Assembly (NCBI GenBank): GCA_009914755.4
Contig: CP086569.2
Location: 11,136,001 to 11,200,000, forward strand
DNA from: the human T2T-CHM13v2.0 reference genome, Homo sapiens
DNA: 64,000 nt
Direction: 5' to 3'
A program made the position numbers and the translations under genes. How positions within the stretch are numbered: position 1 is the first letter of the stretch; each line of letters opens with the position of its first letter. This document shows positions 13,041 through 26,958 of the stretch, one piece after another. The notes beneath the pieces were generated by a model. The model made no database searches. It saw only the letters and a list, made by a program, of their open reading frames with translations, and was not told the origin of the DNA.

Positions 13041-13549
13041 CGATTCCATTCCATTTCATTCCATTTCACCCCATTCCATTCCATTCCACTCCATTCCACT
13101 CCACTCCACTCCATTCTACTTCATTCAATTCCACTCCATTCCATTCCATTCCACTGCACTTCGATCCACCCCACTCAACTCCACTCCATTCCAATCGAGT
13201 CTACTCCGTTCTGTTCCATTCCATTCCATTCCACTCCACTACATTCCACTCCACTCCATTCCATTCCATTCCATTCCATTCCATTCCATTCCATTCCATT
13301 CCATTCCAATGCACTCCGATCCACTCCACTCAACTCTACTCTACTCCACTCCACTCTGTTCCATACTGTTCCGTTCCCTTCCATTCCATTCCATTTCACT
13401 CCATTCCATTCCACTCCACTCCATCCCACTCCATCCCATTCCATTCCACTCCACTCCATTCCACTCCACTACATTCCATTCCACTCCACTGAATTGCACT
13501 CCATTCTATTACACTGAAATCCATTTCAATTCATTCTATTCCATTCCAT

Positions 13550-13630
13550 TCCTTTATTTCTACTGGATCTCACTCTGTCACCCATACTGCCATGCTGTGG
13601 CACAATCTTAGCACACAATTCATTTCACCA
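13550..13630 (-). mobile_element. Antisense Alu 3'-tail relic, class A (degenerate)
   Basis: tactggatctcactctgtcacccatactgccatgctgtggcacaatcttagcacacaattcatttcacc. Confidence 0.65.
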
Positions 13631-14329
13631 TTCCATTCCATTGTATTTTATTCCATCCCATTGCATTCCATTCCATTCCATTCCATTTCATTCCTTTCCA
13701 TTCCAATCCATTACATTCCATTTCATTCCACTCCACTCCACTTCACTCCACTCCACTTCTTTCCATTCCGCTCCATTCCATTCCATTCAATTCCATTTCA
13801 CTGAACTCTGATCCACTCCCCTCACCTACACTCCACTAAACTCCACTCCTTTCCTTTCCATTCCATTCCATTCCACAACTTTCCATTTCATCCCACTCCA
13901 TTTCACTCCATTCAAGTCCACTCCACTCCACTCTTCTCCACTCCATTCCACTACACAAAACTCCACTCCATTCCTTTCCATTCCATTCTATTGCACTGCA
14001 CTCCGATCAACTCCATTCAAATCCACTCCACTCCACTCCACTCAACTCTGTTCCTTTCCATTCCATTCCATTTCACTCCATTCCATTACACTCCACTCCC
14101 TTCCACTCCTCTCCATTTCACTCCATTCCCCTACATTACACTCCATTCCACTCCACTCTACTCCATTGCATTCCACTCCATTCCATTCCATTCCAAAATA
14201 TTCCACTCCAATAAACTCCACTCCATTCTGCTCCACTCCATTACACTCCATTCCATTCCATTCCATTCAATTTGATTCCACTCCTTTCTATTCCTCTCCA
14301 TTCCATTCCATTTTACTCCATTCCATTTC

Positions 14330-14412
14330 ATTCCTTCATTTCGACTGGATCTCACTCTGTCACCCAGACTGGAGTGCAGTGGTACAATCTTAGTTCACAT
14401 TTCATTTCACCA
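14330..14412 (-). mobile_element. Antisense Alu 3'-tail relic, class A
   Basis: tcgactggatctcactctgtcacccagactggagtgcagtggtacaatcttagttcacatttcatttcacc. Confidence 0.75.
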
Positions 14413-15264
14413 TTCCATTCCATTCCGTTGCATTCCATTCCATTCCGTTGCATTCCATTCCATTCCATTCCATTCCATTCCATTCCATTCCATTCCATTC
14501 CATTCCGTTCATTTCCATTCCACTCCATTTCATTCAATTCCATTCCACTCCGTTCAATTCGATTCCACTCCACACTGATACACTCCACTCCACTGCATTC
14601 CATTCCACTCAACTGCTTTCCATTCCATTCCACTCAATTCTACTCCACTCCACTCCATTCCATTCTATTCCATTCCACTGCACAAGCATCCACTCAAAAC
14701 AACTCCACTCCAATCCACTCCATTCAGTTCCATTTCATTACATTCCCCTCCATTGCATTCCATTCCACTCCATTCCACTCCACTCTATTTCACTCCATTC
14801 CCCTCAATTCCAGTCCACTCCATTCCACCCTACTCCATTTCATTCCACTGCATTCCATTCCATTCCCATAAATTCCATTCAATTTCATTCAACTCCATGC
14901 CACTCCACTCCATTCCACTAAACTCCGTTCCACTACATGCCATTCCTTTCCATTCAATTGCACTCCAATCCATTCCACTCAACTCCATTCCATTCCATTC
15001 CATTCCACTGCAATCCGATCCACTGCACTCAACTCCACTCCACTCCACTTCAGTGAACTTATTACATTCCATTCCGTTCCTTTCCGTTCCATTCCGCTCA
15101 AGTCCATTCCAGTCCACTCCATTCTACCCCACTCCATTTCAATCAATTCCACTCCACTCCACTCCATTCCATTCCACTCCATTCCACTTCATTCTATTGC
15201 ATTCCACTCCATTCCATTCCACTCCACTCCATTCCATTCCAATTTACTCCCTTCCATTCCATTC

Positions 15265-15345
15265 TTTAATTTCTACTGGATTTCACTCTGTCACCCAGAC
15301 TGAAGTGCAGTGGCACAATCTTAGCTCTTATTTCATTTCATCGTT
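15265..15345 (-). mobile_element. Antisense Alu 3'-tail relic, class A
   Basis: tttctactggatttcactctgtcacccagactgaagtgcagtggcacaatcttagctcttatttcatttcatc. Confidence 0.75.
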
Positions 15346-16182
15346 CCATTCCATTCCTTTCCACTCCATTCCATTCCATTGCATTCCACTCCACTCCACT
15401 CTGCTGCACTCCACTCCATTCCATTCCACTCCACTCCCTTCCATTCCATTCCATTAAATTCCATTCCTTTCATTTCCATTCCATTCCAGTGTACTACGAT
15501 CCACTCCACTCCACTACACTCCTCTCTGTTCCGTTCCATTCCTTTCCATTCCATTCCATTCTGCTCCTTTCCATTACATTCCTCTCCACTCCTTTCCATT
15601 CCACTCCATTCCACTCCATTGCACTACAGTCCACTCCACTCCACTCCATTCCATTCCATTGCATTCCATTCCATTCCATTCCATTCCACTGCACTCTCAT
15701 CCACTCCAGTTATCTCCACCCCACTCCACTCCAATCCACTTCATTCCATTTTGTCTCATTCCATTCCGTTTCATTCCACTCCATTGAATTCCACTCCACT
15801 CCATTTCACTCGTTCCACTCCATTCCACTCCACTCCACTGCACTCCACTCCATTCTATTCCACTCTCTTCCATTCCACTCCACTCCATTTCATTCTACTC
15901 CACTCCACTCCATTCTATTCCCCTCCATTCCATTCTACTCCAATCCATTCCACTCAACTCCATTCCACTCCACTCCATTCCATTCTAATCCATTCCAGTC
16001 CTACCAAATCCATTCCAATCCACTCCACTCCATTCCATTCCACTCCATTCCTCTCCTTTCCACTACAATCCAGTTTTATTCCACTCTATTCCAGTTCACT
16101 CCATTCCACTCCAATCAACTTCATTCCTGTCCATCCCATTCCATACATTCCATTCGATTACATTCTAATCAATTCCATGACA

Positions 16183-16262
16183 TTCTTTATTTCTACTGGA
16201 TCTCACTCTGTAACTCAGACTGGAGTGCCATGGCACAATCTTAGCTCACATTTCATTTCAAC
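16183..16262 (-). mobile_element. Antisense Alu 3'-tail relic, class A
   Basis: tctactggatctcactctgtaactcagactggagtgccatggcacaatcttagctcacatttcatttca. Confidence 0.75.
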
Positions 16263-17579
16263 AATCCATTCCATTCCATTCCATTTCTTTCCATTCCATT
16301 GCATTCCATTAAATTACATTACCTTACATTACCTTCCACTCCACACCACCTCACTCCACTCCACTAGACTCCATTCCATTCCACTCCATTCCATTCCAGT
16401 TCACTCCATTCCATTCCATTCTATTCAACTCCATACCACTCCATTACACTCTGCTCCATTCCACTCAACTCCATTTCACTCCTCTCCATTCGATTCCACT
16501 TCATTCCTTTCCATTTGACTCCATTCCATTGAACTCTACTCCATTTTACTCCATTCCACTCCACTCCACTCCTTTCCACTCCACTCCACCCAACTCCATT
16601 CAACTCCACTTCACTCCACTCCATTCCATTCCACTCCACTCCCTTCCATTTCACTCCATCCCATTCCACTTCACACCACTACATTCCACTCCAATCCACG
16701 CCACTCCAATTCACTCCACTGAACTCCATTGCATTCCATTCCTTTCCACTTCACTCCATACCCTTCCATTCCACACCATTCCATGCCATTCCATTCCACT
16801 GCACTTCGATCCAATCAACCCCACTGCACTCCACTTCATTCCGTTCTGTTCCTTTCCATTCCGTTCCATTCCATTCAGTTCTGTTCAATTTGATTCCATT
16901 CCACTCCACTCCATTCCATTCCCTCCATTCCACTCCATTCCTCTCTGCTGCACTCCACTCCACTCCCCTCCATTCCATTCCATTCCATTCCGTTCCATTC
17001 CATTCCGTTCCTTTCCACGCTATTCAGATCCACTCCACTCAAAACCACTCCACTCCAATTGACTCTATTCCGTTACAATCTGTTCTGTTCCAGTCCATTC
17101 CATTCCATTCTATTCTGTTCCATTCCATTACGTTCATTTACTTTCCATTCTATGCTATTGCGTTCCACTGCACTTCGATCCATTCCACTCAATTCCACTC
17201 CACTCCACTCCACCCTGTTCTGTTCCGTTTCATTCCATTCCGATCCGTTACGCTCAACTCCGTTCCGTTCTAATCCATTCCACTCCACTGCATTCTATTC
17301 CACTTTACTCCACTGCACTCCAATCCAATCCACTCCACTCCTTTTCATTCCATTCCATTCCATTCCTTTCCATTGCACTCCATTCCATTCCATTCCTTTC
17401 AACCCCATTCCGTTACATTACTGTCCACTCCACTCCACTCCACTCCACCCCAATCCAATCCCTTCCACTCCACTACAGTCCACTCCACTCTATTCCACTC
17501 CACTCCAATCCACTCAATTCCACTTCATTCCATTCCACTCCACTCCATTCCATTCCATTCTAGTACATTCCATTCCATT

Positions 17580-17658
17580 GTTCTATGTCGACTGGATCTC
17601 ACTCCGTCACCCAGACTGAAGTGCAGTGGCACAATCTAAGCTCACATTTCATTTCGCC
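17580..17658 (-). mobile_element. Antisense Alu 3'-tail relic, class A
   Basis: gtcgactggatctcactccgtcacccagactgaagtgcagtggcacaatctaagctcacatttcatttcgcc. Confidence 0.75.
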
Positions 17659-18207
17659 CCTCCATTCCATTCCATTCCGTTCCACTGCTCTTGGATCCGC
17701 TCCGCTCCACTACCCTCCACTTAACTCCACTCCACTCTGTTCCAGACCATTCCATTCTGTTCCATTCCATTCCATTCCACTCCACTCCATTCCATTCCAC
17801 TCCATTTCTGTCCATTCCACTCCAGTCCACTCCATTCCATTCCATTTCATTCCATGCCTCTGCACTCCGATCCACTCCACTCAACTCCACTGCACTCTTC
17901 ACCTCTTTGTTCCATTCCATTCTGTTCTATTCCCTTCCTTACCATTCTATTCCATTCCATTTCATTCCACTCCACTCGATTCCACTCCACTCCATTTCAC
18001 TCCATTCCACTCAATTCCACTCCACTCTACTCTACTCCACTACACCCAATTCCATTCTACTCCATTTCATTCCATTCCACTGCATTCCATTTGATTCCAT
18101 TCCACTCCATTCCACTTCATTCCTTTCCACTCCACTCCACTCCATTCCACTCCATTCCATTGCCCACCACTCCATTACAATACATTCTATTCCATTCCAT
18201 TCCATTC

Positions 18208-18285
18208 GTTTATTGCATCTGGAACTCACTTTGTCACAGAGACTGGAGTGCAGTGGCACAATCATAGCTGACATTTCATTTCACC
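18208..18285 (-). mobile_element. Antisense Alu 3'-tail relic, class A
   Basis: ctggaactcactttgtcacagagactggagtgcagtggcacaatcatagctgacatttcatttcacc. Confidence 0.7.
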
Positions 18286-19835
18286 TTTCCGTTTCATTCC
18301 ATTCTATTCCATTCCATTGCATTCCATTCCCTTCCATTCCACTCCACTCCATTCCACCTCATTCCACTCTACTCCGATCCACTCCACTCCACTCCACCCC
18401 GTTCCATTCCATTCCGTTCCATTCCATTCCATTCCGTTCCATTCGATTGCATTCAACATCACTCCATTCCACTCCACTCCACTCAATTCAACTCCAGTCC
18501 ACTCCACTTCATTCCTTTCCACTCCACTCCACCCCACTCCACTCCACTCCTTTCCATTGCACTCCATTCCACTCCATTCCACTCCAATCCACTCCTTTTC
18601 ATTTCATTTCACTCCATTCTGTTCCACTCCATTCCTCTCCAGTCCACTTCATTCCACCCCTTTCCACTCCATTCCACCCCAATCCACTCCATTCCACTCC
18701 ACTACACTCCATTTCATTCCACTACACTCCTTTTCATTCCTTTCCCTTCCACTCCTTTCCACTCCATTCCATTCCATCCCATTCTATTCCACTCAAGTCC
18801 ACTCCATTCAACTCCACTCCACTCCATTCCACTCCATTCCATTCCATTTCATGCCATTCTACCCCATTCCATTAAATTCCATTCCACTCCATTCCCCTCC
18901 ATTCCACTCTCTTCCACTCCATTCCATTCCATTCCACTCCACTCCTTTCCAATCCGTTCCAATACATTTCATTCCACTCCACTCCACTCCTCTCCATTCC
19001 ACTATTCCACTCCAGTTCCTTTTACTCAACTCCATTCAACTCCTTTTGACTCCACTCCAGTCCACTTCTTTCCTTTCCATTCCACTACATTCCTCTGCAG
19101 TCCACTTTACTCCATTGCATTCCACTCCACTCCAATCCATTACACTCCACTCCTCTCCACTCCCCTCCATCCCATTCCACTCCTTTTCAGTCCAATCCAC
19201 TCCACTACATTCCTATCCATGACACTCCATTTCACTCTACTCCACTCCTCTCCAGTCCACTACATTCCAATACACTCCAATCCATTCATCTCCACTCCAT
19301 TACATTCAACTCTACTGCATTCCATTCCATTTCACTTCATTCCATTCCGTTCCTTTTGACTGCATTCCATTCCACTGCATTCCATTCCACTCTACTCCTT
19401 TACATTCCATGCCATTCCATTGTATTCCATTCAATTTCATTCCATTCCATTCCATTCCACTACATTCCCTTACACTTCATTCCATTCCATTCAACTCCAT
19501 TCCATTCCACTCCACTCCACTGCACTCCGCGCCACTCCATTGCACTCCACTCCCCTCCACCCCAATCGACTCCCATTCAGTCCATTTCTTTCCACTCTTT
19601 TCCACTCCATTCCCCTGCATTCCACTCCAATCCAATCCACTCAACACCAATCCACTTCCCTCCATTATATTCCATTCCACTACTTTCCATTCCATTGCAC
19701 TCCATTCCATTTTATTCCATTCCATTGCACTCCATTCCACTACCCTTCATTCCTCTCCACTCAATTCCAATCCATTTCACTCCATTGCATTCCGCTCCAC
19801 TCCATTCCATTCCCTTCTACTCCCTTCATTCCATT

Positions 19836-19915
19836 ATTTATTTCGACTATATCTCACTCTGTTACCCAGACGGGAGTGCAGTGGCACAATCTTAGCTCAC
19901 ATTTTATTTCATCAT
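19836..19915 (-). mobile_element. Antisense Alu 3'-tail relic, class A
   Basis: tatttcgactatatctcactctgttacccagacgggagtgcagtggcacaatcttagctcacattttatttcatc. Confidence 0.75.
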
Positions 19916-20191
19916 TTGATCCCATTCCATTTCATTCCATTCCACTCCATTCCATTCCATTCCAATCCACTCCACACTACTCCACTCAACAGCAATCCAC
20001 TCCACTCCATTCCGTTCCACTCTATTCCATTCCATTGCATTGCATTCCATTCCTTTCCATTCCATTCTATTCCATTCCATTGCACTTCATTCCACTACCC
20101 TTCCTTCCACTCCATTCCAATCCAATCCATTCCACTCCTTTACACTCTATTTCATTCTGCTCCACTCCATTCCATTGCCTTCTATTCCATT

Positions 20192-20270
20192 CTTTATTTT
20201 GACTGGATCTCACTCTGTCACCCAGACTGGGGTGCAGTGGCATAATCTTAGCTCACATTTCATTTCATCA
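20192..20270 (-). mobile_element. Antisense Alu 3'-tail relic, class A
   Basis: ttgactggatctcactctgtcacccagactggggtgcagtggcataatcttagctcacatttcatttcatc. Confidence 0.75.
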
Positions 20271-20820
20271 TTCAATTCCATTCCATTTCATTCCGTTCCC
20301 CTCCATTCCCTTCCATTCCAGTCCACTCCACACCACTCCACTCCACTCTACTCCATTCCATTCCATTCCATTCCCATCCTTTCCATTCCATTCCTTTCCA
20401 CTGCACTGCGATCCAATCCACTCAACTCCACTTCTCTGCAATCAACTCTAGTCTGTTCCGTTCCATTCCATTCCTTTCCATTCCATTCCATTCCACTCCA
20501 CTCCATTCCACTCAACTCCACTGCACTCCACTCTACTCCATTCCCTTCCATTCCATTCCACTGTACTCTTATCCGCTCCACTCAACTCCACTCTACTGAA
20601 CTCCACTCCATTCAATTCTGTTCCATTCCCTACCATTCCATTCCATTCCACTTCATTCCATTGCACTCCACTCCACTCCATTCCACACCATTCCACTCCA
20701 TTCCACTCCACTCAATTCCACTCCACTACATTCCACTCCACTACACTCCATTGCATTCCATTCTATTCCATTCCACTACATTACATTCTATTCCACTCTA
20801 TTCCATTATATTACATTCCT

Positions 20821-20890
20821 TTATTTCGAATGGATCTCACTCTGTCACCCATATTGGAGTGCACAATCTTAACTCATTATTCATTTCACC
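20821..20890 (-). mobile_element. Antisense Alu 3'-tail relic, class A with internal deletion
   Basis: ttatttcgaatggatctcactctgtcacccatattggagtgcacaatcttaactcattattcatttcacc (lacks gtggca). Confidence 0.65.
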
Positions 20891-21671
20891 ATTCCATCCA
20901 TTGCATTGCATTCCATTCTATTCTGTTGCATTCCATTCCTTTCCATTCCATTCCATTTCATTCCTTTGCATTGCATTGCATTCCATTCCATTCCATTCTA
21001 TTCCGTTGCATTCCATTCCATTCCTTTCCATACCATGCTAATCCATTCCATTCCATGTCATTCCAGTCCACTCCACTTCACTTCTCTCCATTCCATTCCA
21101 TTCAATTCTCTTCCACTGAACACCGATCCAGTCCACTCCACTCCACTCCACTCCATGGCATTCTTTTCCGTTCCATTCCATTCCACACCACTCCATTCCA
21201 TCCCACTCCATTTCCCTCCATTCAACTCCACTCCACTCCATTCCTCTTCTCTCCATTTCACTACACAAAATTTCACTCCATTCCTTTCCATTCCATTCCG
21301 TTCCACAGCACTCGGATCAACTCCATTCAACTCCACTCCACTCCACTCCACTACATTGAATTCCATTCCGTTCTTTTCAGTTCCATTCCACTAAATTCCA
21401 TTACACTCCACTCCCTTCCACTCCTCTCCATTTCAATCCATTACATTTCATTATATTCCGTTCCACTCCACTCCACTCAACCCTCCACTCCAATCCATTC
21501 AATTCCACTCCACTCCACTCCAATCCATTCCATTCCAATCCATACCACTCCGTTAAACTCGACTCCATTCCACTCCACTCCATTCCACTTCGTTCCATTC
21601 CATTCCATTCTATTCCACTCCATTCTTCTCCTCTCCATGCCATTCCATTTTCCTCCATTCCACTCCATTCC

Positions 21672-21750
21672 TTCATTTTGACTGGATCCCAATCTGTCAC
21701 CCAGACTGGAGTGCAGAGGTACAATCTTAGTTCACATTTCATTTCTTTCT
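21672..21750 (-). mobile_element. Antisense Alu 3'-tail relic, class A
   Basis: ttgactggatcccaatctgtcacccagactggagtgcagaggtacaatcttagttcacatttcatttc. Confidence 0.7.
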
Positions 21751-22519
21751 ATTCCATTCCATTCCTTTCCACTGCATTCCTTTCCCTTCCTCTCCATTCC
21801 ATTCCATTCCACTCTACTCCACTCCACTCGACTACACTTCATTCCATTCAATTCCACTACCCTCCATTCCATTCCATTCCACTCCTTTCTACTACACTCC
21901 ACCACACTACACTCCATTCCATCACATTACATTCCACAGCACTGGTATCCACTTCAATCAACTCCACTCCACTCCACTCAGTTGTGTTCCATTCCCTTCC
22001 CCTCCATTACATTCCATTCCACTCCACTCCATTTCACTCCATTCCACTCCATTCAACTCCACTCATCTCCACGCCATTCCACTATATTTCATACCATTCC
22101 CCTTCATTCATTTCAATTCCATTCCCCTCCCTGCCACTTCTTTCTACTCCGCTCCATTCCACTCAACTCCATTCCGCTCCATTCCATTCCTTTCCACTCC
22201 ACTTCACTCTATTCCACTCCAATCCATTCCACTACACTACATTCCATTCCATTCCACTATAATCCGATCCACTTCACTCCACTCCACTCCTCTGCACTTC
22301 GTTCCATTCTTTTCTGTTCCCTTCTGTTTCATTCCGTTCCATTCCGCTCAATTCCATTCCACTTCACTCCATTCAATGCCACTCCATTTCAATAAATCCC
22401 ACTCCATTTCAATAAATTCCACTTCATTCCTCTCCAATCCACTCCACTCCACTTCACTCCACTTCATTCCATTCCACTACACTCCATTCCATTCCGTTTT
22501 ACTCCTTTCTATTCCATTC

Positions 22520-22598
22520 CTTTATTTCGACTGAGTCTCACTCTGTCACCCAGACTGGAGTGCAGTGGCACAATCTTAGCTAACATTTCATTTCACCA
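22520..22598 (-). mobile_element. Antisense Alu 3'-tail relic, class A
   Basis: tttatttcgactgagtctcactctgtcacccagactggagtgcagtggcacaatcttagctaacatttcatttcacc. Confidence 0.75.
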
Positions 22599-23424
22599 TT
22601 CCATTCCATTCCATTCCATTCCATTCCATTCCATTCCATTGCATTCCATCCCACTCAACTCAACTCCACTGCATTCCATTCCACTCCCTTCCATTCCATT
22701 CCATTCCATTCCAGTACAGTCAAGTGTAATCGTATCCACTTCACTCAACTCCACTCCACTGCACTCCGTTCCGTTCCATTCCATACCATTCCTTTACATT
22801 CCATTCCATTCCACCCCACTCCATTCCATTCCACTTCATTAAAATGCATTACACTCCAATCCACTGCACTATACTCTACTTCATTCCACTCCATTCCATT
22901 CCATTGTACTGCACTCTGATCCACTCCACTCATCTCCACCCCACTGCACTCCCATCAACTCCATTCCAATTTGTTCCATTCCATTCCATTCTCTTTCATT
23001 CCATTGCATTCCCCTCCACTCCATTCCACTCCACTGTATTTCACTCGTTCCTCTCCTTTCAACACCACTCCACTCCAATCCACTCCACTCCATTCCACTC
23101 CATTCCATTCCAATCCACTCCATTCTATTCCTCTGCAGCCCACTCCATTCTATTGCACTCCATCCCATTCCACTCCAATCATTTCCACTCCACTTCATTC
23201 CAATTCACTCCATTCCACTCCACTCCATTCCAGTCCACTCCAATCCCTTCCAATCCACTCCACTCCATTCCAGTCCACTCCATTCCACTCCTTTCCACTA
23301 CATTCCATTCCACTCCACTCCATTCCAGTCCATTCCATTCCACTCCACTCCATTCCATTCCATTCCATTCCATTCCATTCCATTCCATTCCATTCCATTC
23401 CATTCCAATCCATTCAATTCCATT

Positions 23425-23508
23425 CCTTTATTTCGACTGGACCTCACTCTGTAACACAGACTGTAGTGCAGAGGCCAAATCTTAGCTCAGATTTCATTTC
23501 AATATTCT
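23425..23508 (-). mobile_element. Antisense Alu 3'-tail relic, class A (degenerate)
   Basis: tttatttcgactggacctcactctgtaacacagactgtagtgcagaggccaaatcttagctcagatttcatttcaa. Confidence 0.65.
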
Positions 23509-24805
23509 ATTCCACTTCATTTGATTCCATTCCATTCCATTTTATTCCACTCGACTCCACACCACTTCTATCGACACCATTTCATTCCACTCCATTCTAT
23601 TCCATTTCACTCCATTCTATTCAACTCCATTCCACTACATTACACTTCACTCCATTTCACTCAACTGCATTCCACTACTCTCTACTCCATTCCAATTCAT
23701 TCCATTCAATTTCACTCCATTCCTTTGCACTCCACTACATTCCACTCCACTCCATTTCACTCCACTCCACTCCATTGCCCTCCACTCCACTCCACTCAAT
23801 TCCAATCTACTCCACTTCACTCACTCCATTCCATTCCACTCCATTCCATTCCATTTCACTCCATCCCATTCCACTCCACCCATTCCATTCCACTCTACTC
23901 CAGTAGACTTAACTCTAATCCACTCCACTTCACTGCACTCCGTTCCATCCCAGTCCATTCCATAACATTCCATTCCGTTCCATTCCTTTCCATTCCACTG
24001 CACTTTGATCCACTCCACTCAACTCCACTCCACTCCAATCCACTCTGTTCTGTCGCATTCCATTCCATTCTTTTAGATTCCATTCCATTCTGTCGCATTC
24101 CTTTCCATTCTGTTAGATTCCATTCCATTCTGTTCAATTCCATTCCATTCCACTTCACTCCATTCCATTCCAAGCCATTCCACTCCATTCCGCTCTACTC
24201 CCCTCCAATCCATTCCACTCCACTCCACTCCATTCCATTCCATTCCCAACCATTCCACTGAACTCTGATCCACTCCACTCAAATCCACTGCATTCTACTC
24301 CACTCCATTTTGTAACATTCCGTTCTGTTTCAGTCTGTTCTATTCCATTCTGTCCAATTCCATTCCATTCTGTTCCATTCCATTACATTCCATTGCATTC
24401 CACTGCAGTGTGATCCTCTCCACTGAATTCCACTCCACTCCAATCCACTCCACCCTGTTCCGTTCCATTCCATTCCATTCCAATCCATTCCCTTCCATTC
24501 TGTTCCATTCCAATCTATTCTAATCCACTGAATTCCATTCCACTCCACTCCACTGCACTCCACTCCAATCCACTGCACTTCATTCCATTCCATTCTTTTC
24601 CATTTCATTCCATTCAATTTCACTTCATTCCATTGCATTCCATTCCACTCCATTCCATTCCATTACCCTCCACTGCACTCCACTCCATCCAACTCCACTC
24701 CATTCCACCGAACTCCATTCCACTCCACTCAATTCCACTCCACTCCACTCCATTCCATTCATCTCTGCTCAATTGCGTTCCATTCTACTACATTGCCTTC
24801 CCTTC

Positions 24806-24882
24806 CTTTATTTCGACTGGATCTCACTCTCTCACCCAGACTGAAGTGCGTGGCATAATTTTAGCTCACATTTCATTTCGTC
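24806..24882 (-). mobile_element. Antisense Alu 3'-tail relic, class A
   Basis: tttatttcgactggatctcactctctcacccagactgaagtgcgtggcataattttagctcacatttcatttcg. Confidence 0.7.
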
Positions 24883-25067
24883 CTTCTATTCCATTCCATT
24901 ACATTCCATTTCACTCCATTCCATTCCACTGCATGCAACTCAATACCACTCCATTCGGCTCCACTCCATATCACTCGACTGTATTCTACTCCACTCCACT
25001 CCATTCCACACACTTGCTTTACAATCCAATCCATGCCATTCCCTTCTACTCAATTCCATTTCATTCC

Positions 25068-25150
25068 TCTATTTTGACCAGGTCTAACTCTGTCATTCAG
25101 ACTGGGATTCAGTGGCACAACCTAAGCTCACGTTTTCTTTCACAATTCCA
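25068..25150 (-). mobile_element. Antisense Alu 3'-tail relic, class A-like
   Basis: attttgaccaggtctaactctgtcattcagactgggattcagtggcacaacctaagctcacgttttctttcac. Confidence 0.65.
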
Positions 25151-25839
25151 TTCCATTCCATTCCATTCCATTCCATTCCATTCCATTCCATTCCACTCCA
25201 CTGCACTCCAATCAATTCCATTCCACTCCACTCCATTCCATTCCAATCCATTCCATTCCACTGCACTCTGATACACTCCATTCAAATCCACTCCACTCCA
25301 TTCCACTCCGTGCTGTTCTGCTCCATTCCATTCCATTACATTCCACTCAATTCCAGTCCACTCCACTCCACTCTACTCAAGTCCACTCTACTCCACTCCA
25401 CAGCACTCCTCTCCACTCCACTCCATTCCAGTCCATTCCACTCCACTCAACTCCATTCCATTCCACTCTATTACATTCCATTCCACTGCACTCCGATCCA
25501 CTCCACTCAACTCTAATCCACTCCACTTTACTCCACTCCGTTTTTTTCCATTCCATTCTGTTCCAATCCATTCCATTCCATTCCATTCCATTCCACTCCA
25601 TTCCATTTAATTCCACTGTACTCCAATCCACTCCACTCCACTCCATTCTATACCATTCCATTCCACTTTACCCCGGTCAACTCCAGTCAACTCCACTCCA
25701 CCCCACTCCATTCCTTTCCAGTCCGTTCCATTCCTTTCCACTCTACTCCATTTCACTCCACTCCATTCCACTCAACACCATTCCACTCCACTCCATTCCA
25801 TTCCATTTCATTCTACTCCATTCCATTCCTTTCCATTAC

Positions 25840-25912
25840 TTCCACTGGATCGCACTCTGTCACCCATACTGCAGTACAGTGGAACAATCTTAGCTCACCT
25901 TTCATTTCACCA
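25840..25912 (-). mobile_element. Antisense Alu 3'-tail relic, class A (CpG retained: ggatcgcac)
   Basis: ccactggatcgcactctgtcacccatactgcagtacagtggaacaatcttagctcacctttcatttcacc. Confidence 0.7.
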
Positions 25913-26257
25913 TTCCATTCCATTCCATTCTATTCCTAACCAATCCACACCACACAACTCCACTGAATTCCACTCCAGTCCGTTCTTTTCCGTTCTATTC
26001 CATTCCGTTCCATGACATTCCATTCCGATTCATTCCATTTCATTGCAGTCCACTCCATTCCACTGCACTCCACTCCATTTCATTCCACTCCATTCCATTC
26101 CACTACAGTCCTTTCCACCCCATTCCATTCCATTCCATTCCATTCCAGTCCATTCCATTCCATTCCAATCCATTCCATTCCATTCCATTCCACTCCATTA
26201 TACTCCATTCCTCTGCACTTCATTCCAATCCATTCTACTCTATTCCATTCCATTCCT

Positions 26258-26338
26258 CTGTTTCGACTGGACCACACTTTGTCACCGAGATTGGAGTGCA
26301 GTGGCACAATCTTAGCTCACATTTTATTTCATCATTGC
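26258..26338 (-). mobile_element. Antisense Alu 3'-tail relic, class A
   Basis: gtttcgactggaccacactttgtcaccgagattggagtgcagtggcacaatcttagctcacattttatttcatc. Confidence 0.7.
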
Positions 26339-26565
26339 ATTCCACTCCTTTCCATTTCATTCCATTCCATTCCATTCCATTCCACTCCACTCCACTCCAT
26401 TCCATTCCACTCCATTCGATTCTATTCTATTCCATTCCAGTGCATTCCACTCCATTGCACTCCACTCCAATTTTCTCCACTCCATTCCACTCCACTCCAC
26501 TCCATTCAACTTCATTCCATTCCACTCCACTGCATTCCAAACTTTTCTACTCCATTCCACTCACT

Positions 26566-26647
26566 TGCTTTATTTCCACTGGATCCCACACTGTCTCCCA
26601 GAGTGGAGTGCCGTGGCACAATCTTACCTCTCATTTCTCTTCACCAT
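26566..26647 (-). mobile_element. Antisense Alu 3'-tail relic, class A (degenerate)
   Basis: tatttccactggatcccacactgtctcccagagtggagtgccgtggcacaatcttacctctcatttctcttcacc. Confidence 0.65.
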
Positions 26648-26879
26648 TCCATTCTATTCCATAGCATTCCACTCCACTCCATGCCAGTCCAAGCCACTCC
26701 CATCCACTCCACTGAAGTCCACTCGTCTCCATTCCACTCCACTCCACTGTATTCCACTCCATTTCATCCCACTCCCCTCCCTTCCACTCCACTCCATTCC
26801 ACTCCACTCCACTTCATTCCACTCCATTCCATTCCACTCCACTCTTTTCCATTCCATTGTACCCCATTCCATTCTATTC

Positions 26880-26958
26880 CTTTATTTCAACTGGATCTCA
26901 GTGTGTCACCCAGAGTGGAGTGCAGTGGCACAATCTTAGCAGCATTTCATTTTGTCTT
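26880..26958 (-). mobile_element. Antisense Alu 3'-tail relic, class A
   Basis: tttatttcaactggatctcagtgtgtcacccagagtggagtgcagtggcacaatcttagcagcatttcattttg. Confidence 0.7.
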